The notes under the pieces were generated by a model. The model worked only from the letters and a program-made list of their open reading frames with translations, searched no databases and was not told where the DNA came from. Shown here piece by piece: positions 29,575 to 38,170 of a stretch of 64,000 nt of DNA. How positions within the stretch are numbered: the stretch's first letter is position 1; each line of letters opens with the position of its first letter. The position numbers were made by a program, and so were the translations under genes. This DNA is from Pyrinomonadaceae bacterium (GTDB lineage Bacteria; Acidobacteriota; Blastocatellia; Pyrinomonadales; Pyrinomonadaceae). The stretch covers positions 386 to 64,385 of the forward strand of contig DASXSC010000093.1 of assembly GCA_036506215.1 (NCBI GenBank), in the 5' to 3' direction.

Positions 29575-32500
29575 ATGGCTCAGTCCTTACCTGCCAACCA
29601 TATTGAGGCGCAGATCGGAGATGTTAGCGGCGGCAGCCAGGTGGCGATCGGCAGCTATATCGTACAGATCGGTCGCATCGAAGGTGGTGTGGTCAACATT
29701 CTCAATGGACCGCCCACTTACCCGCGTTCACGACCACAGCCGGTTTTACTACTTCCGCGAGCATTCCCAGGCATCCTGGACCGCGTGACTGAATCTTCTA
29801 ATGCCATCCAGGCACTTCAATCGAAGGAGTCGGTGGAGTGTAGCGGCGAGCCCGGCTCGGGCAAGACCAGTTTGATTCGCCACCTCGCCTATCAATCGCA
29901 GGTTTCCGGTTTCACCGCCGGCGTGGTCTATTTTCAAGTCAACCAACAATCCAACGATGATCTTCTGAAATCACTCTTCGACGCCTTCTACGAATACGAT
30001 TCGCCAGTCAAGCCGACCGAAACCGAAATCCGTCATTACTTGCAGGCCCTGAGTGCGCTGATTCTGCTCGACGACGTGGAGGCTACTTCGGAGCAAATCG
30101 AATCGTTGATGAACATAGCGCCGCACTGCACTTTCATCGCTGCCACGGCGAAGCGTCGGCTCTTTGGGGAAACGCGCGAGGTCACGCTAAAGGGATTGCC
30201 TACAGCCGAAGCGGTAGATTTGTTTCAACGCGAGTTTGGCCGTGCCTTGTCACCCGAAGAACAGAAGGGCGCGCAGTATTTATGTGAATCGGTGGACTGT
30301 ATTCCGCAGCGCGTTTTGCGAGCCGCCCACGAGGCGCGCGAGGAAAATCGTTCGCTGCTGGAAATTGTTCCGCAAGCGAAATCACCGTCTCTGGACCAGA
30401 CGCTCGCAGCCGCGGAAGTCAAACCGCGCTCGGAAGATCAAAAGAAAGTACTGGCTGCGCTGGCTGTTTTCTACGGCGCCCCGATCGCTGCGCAACATGT
30501 GGCCGCCGTCGCCGGCGTCTTTGGCGTTACGGAAATGCTCGACGATTTCGAAAAACGCGGGCTGGTTCAATCACATGAAAAACGCTACACGTTGGCAAGC
30601 GATGTGAACAACGCGCTGCTGGGCGATCTTCAACCCTGGCTAACGCGCGCCCTGGCCCACTTTGTCGAGTGGACTGAGGAGCACCGTAGCCAACCTGAGG
30701 TCATTGCGGAATCAGCGCAACCGATCTTACTCATTCTGCAGTGGGCGGTCGCGGCCAAACATTGGCGAGAGGCGAAACGCCTGGGCCATGCGACTGAAGA
30801 AGCACTGGCGCTAAGTGGCAAGTGGGACATGTGGGCCACTGCACTGCAAAGCATTCTGAAGGCCGCTCAGGGGCTGCAGGATCGTCCGAACGAAGCCTGG
30901 GCCCTGCATCAAATCGGCACGCGCGCCCTTTGTTTGGGCGCACGATCCGCAGCCCTGACTTCGCTGAATGCAGCCCTCGCGCTCAGAGAGTCGCTCAACG
31001 ACCAGAGCGGCGTGGCAGTAACACGTCACAACCTGAATATTCTTTTAGCTCCTCCACCACCACCATCTGAACCCGATGATTCCTCGGGGCGTGGAGTCGG
31101 TGCAGGAGCCGCTGCGATTCCGGTGGCGCTCAAAGTCGGGGTGCTTGTTCTGCTGGCTTTGGTAGTGGCGCTATTAGTCTGGTGGCTTTGGCCTCGAAAG
31201 CCGCCAGTTACGACGGCCAGAATTGTGAGTTTCACTGTCGATCCCGCCACTGTTCCCGCGAACGGTCAGGCCAAACTTTGCTACGAAGTCGAGGATGCCG
31301 GCTACGTTCTCATTGAACCGAACATTGGCGAAAAAAAGCCGGCATCAAAGGAGTGCCTACCGGTCACTGCTGAACAGACAACAACCTATACGCTTAAGGC
31401 CTTCGGTTCGGACGCAAAAGAAATCACTCAGCAGGTTACCCTCAACGTTGAAACGGCGCCGCCAATGGCTCAGATAGGTCGCTTTGAAGTTTTGCGCGAG
31501 AACGGTCCTGGCGGTGAAAGCGACGTGCAGTTTCGTCTTTGCTATGAGGTGCGAAACGCAGCTCATGCGGAAATCGACAACAACGGTGGAGCAGTGGTAC
31601 TGGATCAAAACCACTGCCAGCAAATCAGTCCTGAAGGGATCATCACCTACACCCTTTCTGCCACTGGGTTGGACGGCCGCACAGTTACGCGCCAGGCTAC
31701 CGCCGATGCCACGAAACCTCCATCGCGACCTCCTCAGGTTTTGAGTTTCGAAGCGTTACCCGGAAGCATCGTGCTTGGCGAAAAAGCGCAGCTATGCTTT
31801 CACCTGAAGGACGCGAGCAGCGTGCAAATTGATCCCGGCGTTCCCAACGTGGAAGCCGGAACTGAGAAACGTTGTGTTAGCGTCGCGCCGATTAAAACAA
31901 CGACCTACTCGCTGACGGCCCTCAACTCCGAAGGCAAGGCTAGCCTAAAGCAGGCAACAATTAGAGTGAGGATACCGGCGCCGCAAATAGTCAGCTTCAC
32001 CGCGCAACCAAATTCACTCAAAGACGAGGGAACTGTCCAACTTTGTTACGAGGTGCTTCATGCCGGCAACTTACAAATAGATCAAGGGATTGGCGAGGTC
32101 AGACCGAGTAAGGGTTGTGTCGATGCTAAAGTTGCTGAAACAACCACTTTCACCTTGACTGCCACTGGAGATGGGGGAGTGGAGAAGGGTCAAGCCAGAA
32201 TCACATTCACGCACTCACCGCTCGAAGTAGAGTTCACCGCGGAGCCGCAAACTATCACTGTGCCCGATGCAGCGTCGCTCTGTTATTCCGTTAGTCAGCC
32301 CGCCACGATCACAATTGATCACGGCGGCGGCCGATTTCGCGCTCCGAATCCAGGAAAGAGAGATTGCGTCAAGGTGCAACCAAAGCAGACGACAACCTAC
32401 ACATTGACTGCGGTTGGTTCGTTCAATCGCACAGAGAGCAGACAGGTCACGGTTACTGTCAAAGAGTCACCCCCGGAACGGAAGCACGCTCGGATACTCT

Positions 32501-33516
32501 TTTTCGAAGTTACGCCCACGCGCATCAAGTCCGGAGAACGCGTCCAGGTGTGTTATGGAGTCGCCGATGCGATTCGAGCCGGCATCGCCCCGCTTAGGAG
32601 AGAGATCGCCCTCCTGGAGAAAGAGTGCATTAACGACTCACCGGAAAAATCAACGCGGTACGTCTTGAGTGCGACGGGCGAAGATCAACAAGCTGAGCGC
32701 AGCACGGTAAACGTAATAGTGGATGAGCCGGAGCCGGCGAAACACGCCCGAATTATTGATTTCAACCCTTCCGAGACCCGCATCAAAGCCGGCGCATCCG
32801 TTCGCTTGTGCTACGTGATTGCCGACGCGCAACACGCTTCCATGGCGCCTATCAGCAGAGAAGTGCCTGCCGAAAAGGACTGCATTAGCGATTCTCCGAA
32901 AAGATCAACGCGGTATGTCTTGAGGGCGGTGGGCGAAGATCAACAAGCTGTAAGTCGCGCGGTAACTGTGGAAGTTGAGGAACCGGCTGGGGCGCCTCCC
33001 GTCAGGATTACGCGTCTCGAAATCAAGCGGACCATACTTCGCGGTATGCAGATATGTTATGCGGTCGAAAATGCTGTCAGCGCCAATATTGATCCGGAAT
33101 TTGGCGCCGTGAATTTGCCTGCCGATTGTAAGACTATCAGATCGACCAAGCCGACAACCTTCACGCTAACGGCAAGAGACGCGAATGGGAATAGTGATCA
33201 AAGAAGCGTGAACTACACTCCTCGCGAACAGCCCCAGGAAACACCAATCAGAATCAAATCCTTTACTCCTGCGACCCAGGTCATCAACTTGGGCGCGCGA
33301 GCTAAAATCTGCTACAGCACTGACGGCAATGGCACGGCGGAGATTTCGCCTGAGCCGGGTACCGTGTCGCCTTCAATCCTGGGCATCCAGCGTTGTGTCA
33401 ATGTTTCTCCGAAGGAGAGTACGGTCTATACGCTAACGGTAACGGGCCCGCAGGGACAAAAGGACAGTAGAAGAGTCACTGTCAGAGTACAAAAGCCGGG
33501 GATTGTGATTCAATGA
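29575..33516 (+). CDS. NB-ARC/AP-ATPase-like STAND NTPase - winged helix - TPR-like - Pro-rich linker - single TM helix - nine ~85-aa Cys-pair Ig-like repeats
   Basis: SD aaaggag lies 7 nt upstream. Motifs in order: Walker A GEPGSGKTSL (nt 29845-29868), Walker B ALILLDDVE, TFIAATAKRR, VTLKGLPTAEAVDLFQREFG, C-IPQRVLRAA. TM at aa 512-539 (nt ~31108-31191). Repeats run from nt 31216, each with 'LCY...C...TTYTL'. Confidence 0.8.
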   Translation: MAQSLPANHIEAQIGDVSGGSQVAIGSYIVQIGRIEGGVVNILNGPPTYPRSRPQPVLLLPRAFPGILDRVTESSNAIQALQSKESVECSGEPGSGKTSLIRHLAYQSQVSGFTAGVVYFQVNQQSNDDLLKSLFDAFYEYDSPVKPTETEIRHYLQALSALILLDDVEATSEQIESLMNIAPHCTFIAATAKRRLFGETREVTLKGLPTAEAVDLFQREFGRALSPEEQKGAQYLCESVDCIPQRVLRAAHEAREENRSLLEIVPQAKSPSLDQTLAAAEVKPRSEDQKKVLAALAVFYGAPIAAQHVAAVAGVFGVTEMLDDFEKRGLVQSHEKRYTLASDVNNALLGDLQPWLTRALAHFVEWTEEHRSQPEVIAESAQPILLILQWAVAAKHWREAKRLGHATEEALALSGKWDMWATALQSILKAAQGLQDRPNEAWALHQIGTRALCLGARSAALTSLNAALALRESLNDQSGVAVTRHNLNILLAPPPPPSEPDDSSGRGVGAGAAAIPVALKVGVLVLLALVVALLVWWLWPRKPPVTTARIVSFTVDPATVPANGQAKLCYEVEDAGYVLIEPNIGEKKPASKECLPVTAEQTTTYTLKAFGSDAKEITQQVTLNVETAPPMAQIGRFEVLRENGPGGESDVQFRLCYEVRNAAHAEIDNNGGAVVLDQNHCQQISPEGIITYTLSATGLDGRTVTRQATADATKPPSRPPQVLSFEALPGSIVLGEKAQLCFHLKDASSVQIDPGVPNVEAGTEKRCVSVAPIKTTTYSLTALNSEGKASLKQATIRVRIPAPQIVSFTAQPNSLKDEGTVQLCYEVLHAGNLQIDQGIGEVRPSKGCVDAKVAETTTFTLTATGDGGVEKGQARITFTHSPLEVEFTAEPQTITVPDAASLCYSVSQPATITIDHGGGRFRAPNPGKRDCVKVQPKQTTTYTLTAVGSFNRTESRQVTVTVKESPPERKHARILFFEVTPTRIKSGERVQVCYGVADAIRAGIAPLRREIALLEKECINDSPEKSTRYVLSATGEDQQAERSTVNVIVDEPEPAKHARIIDFNPSETRIKAGASVRLCYVIADAQHASMAPISREVPAEKDCISDSPKRSTRYVLRAVGEDQQAVSRAVTVEVEEPAGAPPVRITRLEIKRTILRGMQICYAVENAVSANIDPEFGAVNLPADCKTIRSTKPTTFTLTARDANGNSDQRSVNYTPREQPQETPIRIKSFTPATQVINLGARAKICYSTDGNGTAEISPEPGTVSPSILGIQRCVNVSPKESTVYTLTVTGPQGQKDSRRVTVRVQKPGIVIQ

Positions 33517-33598
33517 TATCGACAAACAAGGACAAGTGCTTCTTTAGGTACTGATGCAGTTTGTTCTTTAGCGAATCCTTGACTCCAGGAGACAAAAC

Positions 33599-34027
33599 AT
33601 GAATGCCGAAAAGAACTCGGGTGATTCGATTAGCGCCAACATCGGTGACGTAACAGAGCGAAGTCAGGTGGCGGTGGGAAAGGGAATTACTCAAACCCAG
33701 AGCTACAGTGCCACGCCGGTCGTAACTGCGGAGGACAGAGCCCAGCTGCAACAGATGTTCGAAGAACTGAAAGCAACGATTGAGCAGGAAGTTGCCGCTA
33801 CTGAAAAAGAAAAAGCGCTCGAACGGGTAGATGAATTGCAGCAGGCGGTCACCGCTAAAGAACCCGACTTAACCACCATGGAATACGTCAGGAATTGGTT
33901 CGGCAAAAACGTTCCGTCCGCGGCGAGTGCGGTGGTCGACTTCATCGTGCATCCGCTGGTAGCTAAGTTTGTGGCAGCCGGTGGCAAAGCTTTGGCTGCC
34001 ACTTTTCGCGAACGTTTTGGCGGCTGA
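33599..34027 (+). CDS. Small hypothetical protein sharing the N-terminal 'IGDV-x3-SQVA-G' motif with the upstream NTPase; coiled-coil plus amphipathic/hydrophobic C-terminus
   Basis: SD caggagacaaaac-ATG. NIGDVTERSQVAVGKG matches QIGDVSGGSQVAIGSY in the upstream protein. Heptad-like EDRAQLQQMFEELKATIEQEV. C-terminal VVDFIVHPLVAKFVAAGGKALAA. Confidence 0.6.
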   Translation: MNAEKNSGDSISANIGDVTERSQVAVGKGITQTQSYSATPVVTAEDRAQLQQMFEELKATIEQEVAATEKEKALERVDELQQAVTAKEPDLTTMEYVRNWFGKNVPSAASAVVDFIVHPLVAKFVAAGGKALAATFRERFGG

Positions 34028-34193
34028 GACTAACTCAACGATGAAGGATGAAGTTTTGTCAGCAGCATGAAAGTGAATCGGTGCTTTAGAAACCTGCGAT
34101 TTTCGACTCAATTCTGTAAATAATTTCCTCGCCCTTGAGCCCGACCTTGACCAGCTAAAACTCAGTTTTAGAGAAGATTTAAGATAAAAAAAC

Positions 34194-34222
34194 TTGACAG
34201 AAGGCCCCGCAAAGAGGATATT
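34194..34222 (+). promoter_or_regulatory. Candidate sigma70-type promoter (TTGACA-17-GATATT) upstream of the TonB-dependent receptor
   Basis: TTGACA at 34194-34199 and GATATT at 34217-34222, preceded by an A-rich tract. Hexamer match only. Confidence 0.3.
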
Positions 34223-34447
34223 GTCCCAACTTAGAACAAAACTGAGAAGTTTAAACTCCAACGACCCGAAAGTGCCCGGTCATTGGCGCAAGATTTCTTC
34301 AGTTCCCCTGAGCTGCAGGACCAAACGCAAAACAAATCCAAGTTCCTGATCCCTGAACATGCAGTCTTTTGCCCGCACGTTCAACGGAAGGAACACCATC
34401 ATTTTCCGGAGGGCTAACCCCGTTAGCTCTTCTGACTGGAGGGCAGG

Positions 34448-37400
34448 ATGAACTCTACATCGCGTCGCATATTTTTGCTCATAGTTTTTGGGTTTATCCT
34501 GAATGCTGCGGGCCTTATTTCCGTTTCCAGCATCGTAAGCGCGCAAACTAACGTTGGCCGCATTTCGGGAACGGTGAAGGACTCAACGCACGCAGTGATT
34601 CCCGGCGCCAACGTGACTGTCACCAACCAAGCCACTGGAATAAGCCGCGCCACGACAACAGACGAAGACGGCTTTTATCTGGTCACGAATCTACCGCTGG
34701 GAGACTACAGTGTTGCGGTCGAACGGGAGGGGTTCACTCGAGCGGAGAAAAGAGACTACAACCTCGTCTCGGATGGCCGCCTCACGATTGATTTCAACCT
34801 GGAGCCCGGGAACATTTCGGCGGCGGTCCTTATCACAAGTGCAGTAGGCGAAACCGTTAACAACACTTCTGGAGAAGTTGCTCGATTAATCGATGGCGAG
34901 CAGGTCCAGGATTTGGCGACCAACGGTCGCAACTACACGGAGCTGTTAACGCTCATTCCGGGGGCGCCATTGTTGACTGATGATGCCCTCGACTTGATGA
35001 CCAGCCTCGGTGTTAGTCAACCCATCAACGGAAATCGAGGGAATTCCAACAATATGACCGTAGATGGCGGCTTCAACCTCGACGGCGGCAGCAATGGCAG
35101 CCAGATCAACAATGTGGGCCTCGATTTTATTCAGGAAGTTAGTATTAAGACCTCCAACTTCTCGGCTGAATACGGGCGTAATTCCGGAGCCTCTATCAAT
35201 GTCTCAACCAAAAGTGGCACGAACCGTTTCAAGGGAAGTGTGTTTGAGTATTTCCGGAACGAGAAGGTGAACGCTAATAGTTTTGCCAACAATGCGCAGG
35301 GCATTTTCAGCAGCGATCTCAGCAGGCCGGGAGCAAAGGTACTTGTGCCGGTGGGTGATCCCCGCGATGGTCAGCCGCGGGCAGCGCGTCGACCCGAACG
35401 GTACAACAACCCCGGCTTTAGCATAGGAGGGCCGATCGTTAAGAACAAGGTCTTCTTCTTTGGCGGCATCGAGTGGAAACTGATCCGCCGCATTGAATCG
35501 AAAACGTCTACGATCCCGACGAGCCGCGAATGGGCGGGCGATTTTTCGTTTCGCCTGCGGGGCGCGGACGGCATAGTGGGCACGGCGGACGACGGCGTGT
35601 TGAAGGATCCCAACAGCACATTACCGTGTACCACGTCGAACAGGAGCGGCTGTTTCGGCGGCAATAACGTCGCCCTCAGAAACATCATACCCGCCAACAG
35701 GATCACTACCGACGGCGCCGCGATTGCTAAAGTTTATGCCGCAATGGCAGCGCGAGCAGTCTTTACGGACACGCCAACGGGCAACAATGCGCTGTTTCTG
35801 GAACCGAATCCGTTTGGTCTAAGGTCGGAAGTAATCCGAATTGACTACAACGTCAATGAAAAGAACAGCATCTTCGGGCGCTTCCTGCGTGACAAATACG
35901 ATCCACTAATCGATCCCTACGGAACGCTCATCGCCCCGTCCGGCGCGGCGCTGCCTACCATCCCGACCCAACGAAACCGACCGGGGTATAGTGCTCAGGT
36001 GGCGCATACCTGGCTGATCAACCCCCACATGGTCAACGAGCTGAAGGCCAACGCTTCGTGGAATGCCCAACGGATTCAACCCATCGGTGATGCCTGGAAG
36101 CGGGAGACTTATGGCTTTCAATTCCCTGAGCTTTATCCTGGCCAGGGCCGGTTTCCCAATGGCATCCCCAAAGTCAGCGTTACAAATTTCACCGGGTTTG
36201 AGGGGCCAGCCAGGGCATTGCTCGCACCGACTACTGAAATCCAAATCTCCGACAACGTCTCCATTTCCCGTGGGAAACAATCCCTTAAGCTTGGCGCGGT
36301 GATAATCCGCAATCGCAAGGATCAGAACGGCCGAACCCAATCGCTCGGTGATATCACTTTCAGTACCAGCGGCAATTCTCGCACGACGGGCAATGCGTTT
36401 GCTGACACCCTCCTTGGTAACTTCCGAACATACTCGGAATTCAACAACGATCCGCTGGGTTTCTTTCGGTTTACTCAGATCGAAGCCTTCGTCGCAGACA
36501 CCTGGAGGGTTCGTCCCTCGCTGAGTCTTGATCTTGGCGTTCGCTACCGTCATAACTCTCCCCATTACACGCAAGCGAATAATATCGTGAACTTCGACCC
36601 GCGCCTTTACGATCCAGCCCGGGCAGTAACCGTCAACGCCAACAACACCATTACGATTGGCCCGAACGGCAATCCCTTTAATGGTTTGATCCGGGCAGGC
36701 AACGGCATCCCTGCCTCAGAGTTAGGACGGGTGCCTGGAGGCGCCGATCCGATCGTCCTGTCAGTACCGGCAGGAGCGCCAAGGGGTCTGTACCCTACTG
36801 CGAGCATATTAGAGCCACGCGTGGGTTTTGCCTGGAGTCCCTTGAAGAACAGAAAGACCGCCATTCGCGGAGGCTTCGGCATCTTTCACGACCGGCCCGA
36901 GGGGAACCTCATTTTCTCGCAGCTGAATGTTCCGCCTTATTCGATCAGCGCGCAGTTTGAAAACGGCAACCTGTCAAACCCGTCAGGCGGGGTCACGTCG
37001 GCACTCGCACCTTTCGCCACCATCAATGCGATTGACCCCAACCTGAAGTTCCCTTACGTGATGAGCTACAGTCTGACCGTGCAGCGTGAGCTGCCGTATG
37101 GGATCTTTGCCGAAGTAGGTTATGTAGGAAATCTAGGCCGTCATCTGATTCGGCAACCTGACATCAACGTGCCAAGCTTCGCCGCCTTATTAGCCAGGGC
37201 ACAATTGCCATCACCCCCGAATCTCAACACGATCAGGCCCTACAAAGGTTACTCGCAGATCAGAATGCGATTGAGTGACGCTAACTCAAACTACAACGCG
37301 TTTCAGGTTTACGTAACGAAGAGAAAGGGAGCCATAAGGATGACCGCCAGCTATACCTGGTCGAAGGTGCTGGCGGATGCGGACTCGAATACCGATACCG

Positions 37401-37960
37401 TCGATGCGGGCGAAAACCCGTATAACCGGTCGGCAAACTACGGGCCTGCCAGCTTCGACCGCAGGCAAATTCTCGCTACCACAACTTCTTACCGGATACC
37501 GTTCTTCAGCCGCTCACACAATTTCCTGGGCAACATCCTTGGCGGCTGGGAGATCAGCTCGGTCTTCCGCGCCCAGACCGGTGCGCCTTTAACTATTACT
37601 GGGGATAGCCTCGTCGGAAATGACCGGCGGGCCGACTATACCGGCCTGCCCCTTACGCCACTTGATGACGAGCATTGGTTCAATCCGGCAGCCTTCAAGC
37701 GGGCTGACGAAACGCGTGTCGGCACGACGGGCCCGGGACTACTTTTTGGCCCGGGACGGAGTCGGCTTGACCTTGCCATGAGCAAGAGTGTCCGGTTCGG
37801 CGAAAAGCTTAGGGCGCGATTACGGGTTGACGCGTTCAATGCCCTCAATCATGCGAGTCGGACGGGTGTCAATACAGATGTCGACAGCAGCTCGTTGGGC
37901 CTTATAACAGGCTCCACGTCGCCGCGTTCCATACAGGTTGGGGTGAGGTTTGAGTTCTAA
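34448..37960 (+). CDS. TonB-dependent receptor-like outer-membrane protein with N-terminal carboxypeptidase-regulatory-like domain
   Basis: Signal peptide; GTVKDSTHAVIPGANVTVTNQATG...DEDGFYLVTNLPLGDYSV (CarboxypepD_reg); 1170 aa; C-terminal ...VGVRFEF beta-barrel terminus. Confidence 0.85.
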   Translation: MNSTSRRIFLLIVFGFILNAAGLISVSSIVSAQTNVGRISGTVKDSTHAVIPGANVTVTNQATGISRATTTDEDGFYLVTNLPLGDYSVAVEREGFTRAEKRDYNLVSDGRLTIDFNLEPGNISAAVLITSAVGETVNNTSGEVARLIDGEQVQDLATNGRNYTELLTLIPGAPLLTDDALDLMTSLGVSQPINGNRGNSNNMTVDGGFNLDGGSNGSQINNVGLDFIQEVSIKTSNFSAEYGRNSGASINVSTKSGTNRFKGSVFEYFRNEKVNANSFANNAQGIFSSDLSRPGAKVLVPVGDPRDGQPRAARRPERYNNPGFSIGGPIVKNKVFFFGGIEWKLIRRIESKTSTIPTSREWAGDFSFRLRGADGIVGTADDGVLKDPNSTLPCTTSNRSGCFGGNNVALRNIIPANRITTDGAAIAKVYAAMAARAVFTDTPTGNNALFLEPNPFGLRSEVIRIDYNVNEKNSIFGRFLRDKYDPLIDPYGTLIAPSGAALPTIPTQRNRPGYSAQVAHTWLINPHMVNELKANASWNAQRIQPIGDAWKRETYGFQFPELYPGQGRFPNGIPKVSVTNFTGFEGPARALLAPTTEIQISDNVSISRGKQSLKLGAVIIRNRKDQNGRTQSLGDITFSTSGNSRTTGNAFADTLLGNFRTYSEFNNDPLGFFRFTQIEAFVADTWRVRPSLSLDLGVRYRHNSPHYTQANNIVNFDPRLYDPARAVTVNANNTITIGPNGNPFNGLIRAGNGIPASELGRVPGGADPIVLSVPAGAPRGLYPTASILEPRVGFAWSPLKNRKTAIRGGFGIFHDRPEGNLIFSQLNVPPYSISAQFENGNLSNPSGGVTSALAPFATINAIDPNLKFPYVMSYSLTVQRELPYGIFAEVGYVGNLGRHLIRQPDINVPSFAALLARAQLPSPPNLNTIRPYKGYSQIRMRLSDANSNYNAFQVYVTKRKGAIRMTASYTWSKVLADADSNTDTVDAGENPYNRSANYGPASFDRRQILATTTSYRIPFFSRSHNFLGNILGGWEISSVFRAQTGAPLTITGDSLVGNDRRADYTGLPLTPLDDEHWFNPAAFKRADETRVGTTGPGLLFGPGRSRLDLAMSKSVRFGEKLRARLRVDAFNALNHASRTGVNTDVDSSSLGLITGSTSPRSIQVGVRFEF

Positions 37961-38028
37961 CTTGAACGGCTGAGGGATGCAGACGCCACTCACCTCGTCC
38001 TGCATCCCACACACTGTTTAGGGTTCAC

Positions 38029-38103
38029 TCAAGCAGTTTAGAGTTCAAACTTTAGTTTGTGTTGGAACGCAGCAAGCTAAAGCTTGAACTCTAAACTGCT
38101 TGA
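38029..38103. repeat. Family-A palindromic element
   Basis: tcaagcagtttagagttcaaactttagtttg ... gcaagctaaagcttgaactctaaactgcttga, between convergent genes. Confidence 0.75.
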
Positions 38104-38170
38104 GGAGCTCCCTCCCCTGTTTACATCGGGCCCGCGTCTTTGATCTCGTCGTTCTCGTCGAGCGCGCCGC

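Noticed and set aside
33869-34261. 130-aa minus-strand ORF in the gap between the small ORF and the TonB-dependent receptor
   Set aside because: - It overlaps the 3' end of the better-supported plus-strand small ORF.
- Its composition is Ser/Lys/Phe-rich and low in complexity.
- It has no SD or motif.
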